From Octopus sinensis (Eukaryota): a stretch of DNA of 64,000 nt. The notes beneath the pieces were generated by a model. That model saw only the letters and a list, made by a program, of their open reading frames with translations, searched no databases and was not told the DNA's origin. The stretch is taken from contig NC_043001.1 in assembly GCF_006345805.1 (NCBI RefSeq), positions 133,486,001-133,550,000 on the forward strand, written 5' to 3'. The stretch's first letter is position 1; every line of letters begins with the position of its first letter. This document shows positions 63,331 through 64,000 of the stretch, piece by piece. Made by a program: the position numbers and the translations under genes.

Positions 63331-64000
63331 GACAATATTCGTCGAGGCAGCGAAACCCAGAGTTGAAGCCACGGTTCTGTCCGAGAAGAAGGATATACAT
63401 ATACATATATATATTTACACATATATGTGTGTGTGTGTGTGTGTGTGTTTGTCCCCCACTGCCACTTCACGACCGGTGTTGGTGTATTTACATCCTCGTA
63501 ACTTAGTTGTTCAGCATAAGAGACCAGTAGGAAAATTACCAGGCTTAAAAAGAAAATGAGTAGTGAGATCTATTATAGTGACTACTTTTTGCTCAAGGCA
63601 TGCTCCAGCATGGTCGAGTCTGATGATTAAAGCAAGTAAAACATAAAAGAAACGATAAAAGATACACATAAATGTGTGTGTGTGTGTGTGTGTGTGTGCG
63701 CACGTGCGTGTGTGTGTGCACACGTGCGTGTGTGTGTGCACACGTGCGTGTGTGTGCATATGTATTTGTGCATGCATGTGTATGACTCATGTACATATGA
63801 ATATACAATTACAGAGACATACAACCATATACGGGCACAAACAAAACACTTTCCATGGTTGATTGCACACACTTCCCATGTGAAAGAGAAGTGAATACAT
63901 TTGTATTCATTTTGAGTGGTGGTGTGTATATCGGAATATGGCCAGGCCATTGAGAATACACAACACAAGCTTAAAAGTCTTGTGTGTCAACATACACACA

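Noticed and set aside
60326-64000. First coding exon of the SDR gene
   Set aside because: No candidate ending in ...(I/V)T-G|GT with a credible upstream frame was found. It may lie beyond the window.

Overview
AT-rich, microsatellite-saturated animal genomic DNA. The SINE repertoire suggests an octopus/coleoid cephalopod (inference from recalled repeat families, not a database hit). Only one host gene is supportable: a minus-strand short-chain dehydrogenase/reductase (RDH/BDH1/17-beta-HSD-like) with four spliceable exons at 60113-60325, 57237-57557, 54072-54179 and 50530-50744. Its first coding exon was not found. The rest is nested mobile DNA: several SINE families (labelled A-G here; labels are mine), LINE remnants (Tx1/L1, CR1, RTE), ORF1-only LINE derivatives, pogo, Tc1, mariner, hAT and piggyBac remnants, Helitrons and fold-back elements. 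Most notable: (1) hammerhead-ribozyme cores of the minimal Penelope type in three unrelated repeat families, one fused behind a tRNA-derived Pol III head and arranged as inverted pairs; (2) a SINE that appears to insert into its own head and forms a tetramer inside one target-site duplication; (3) a LINE, an ORF1-only element and a SINE sharing one 3' tail; (4) an intron-containing, GC-rich hAT transposase. All coordinates and alignments were read by eye and may be off by a few bases.
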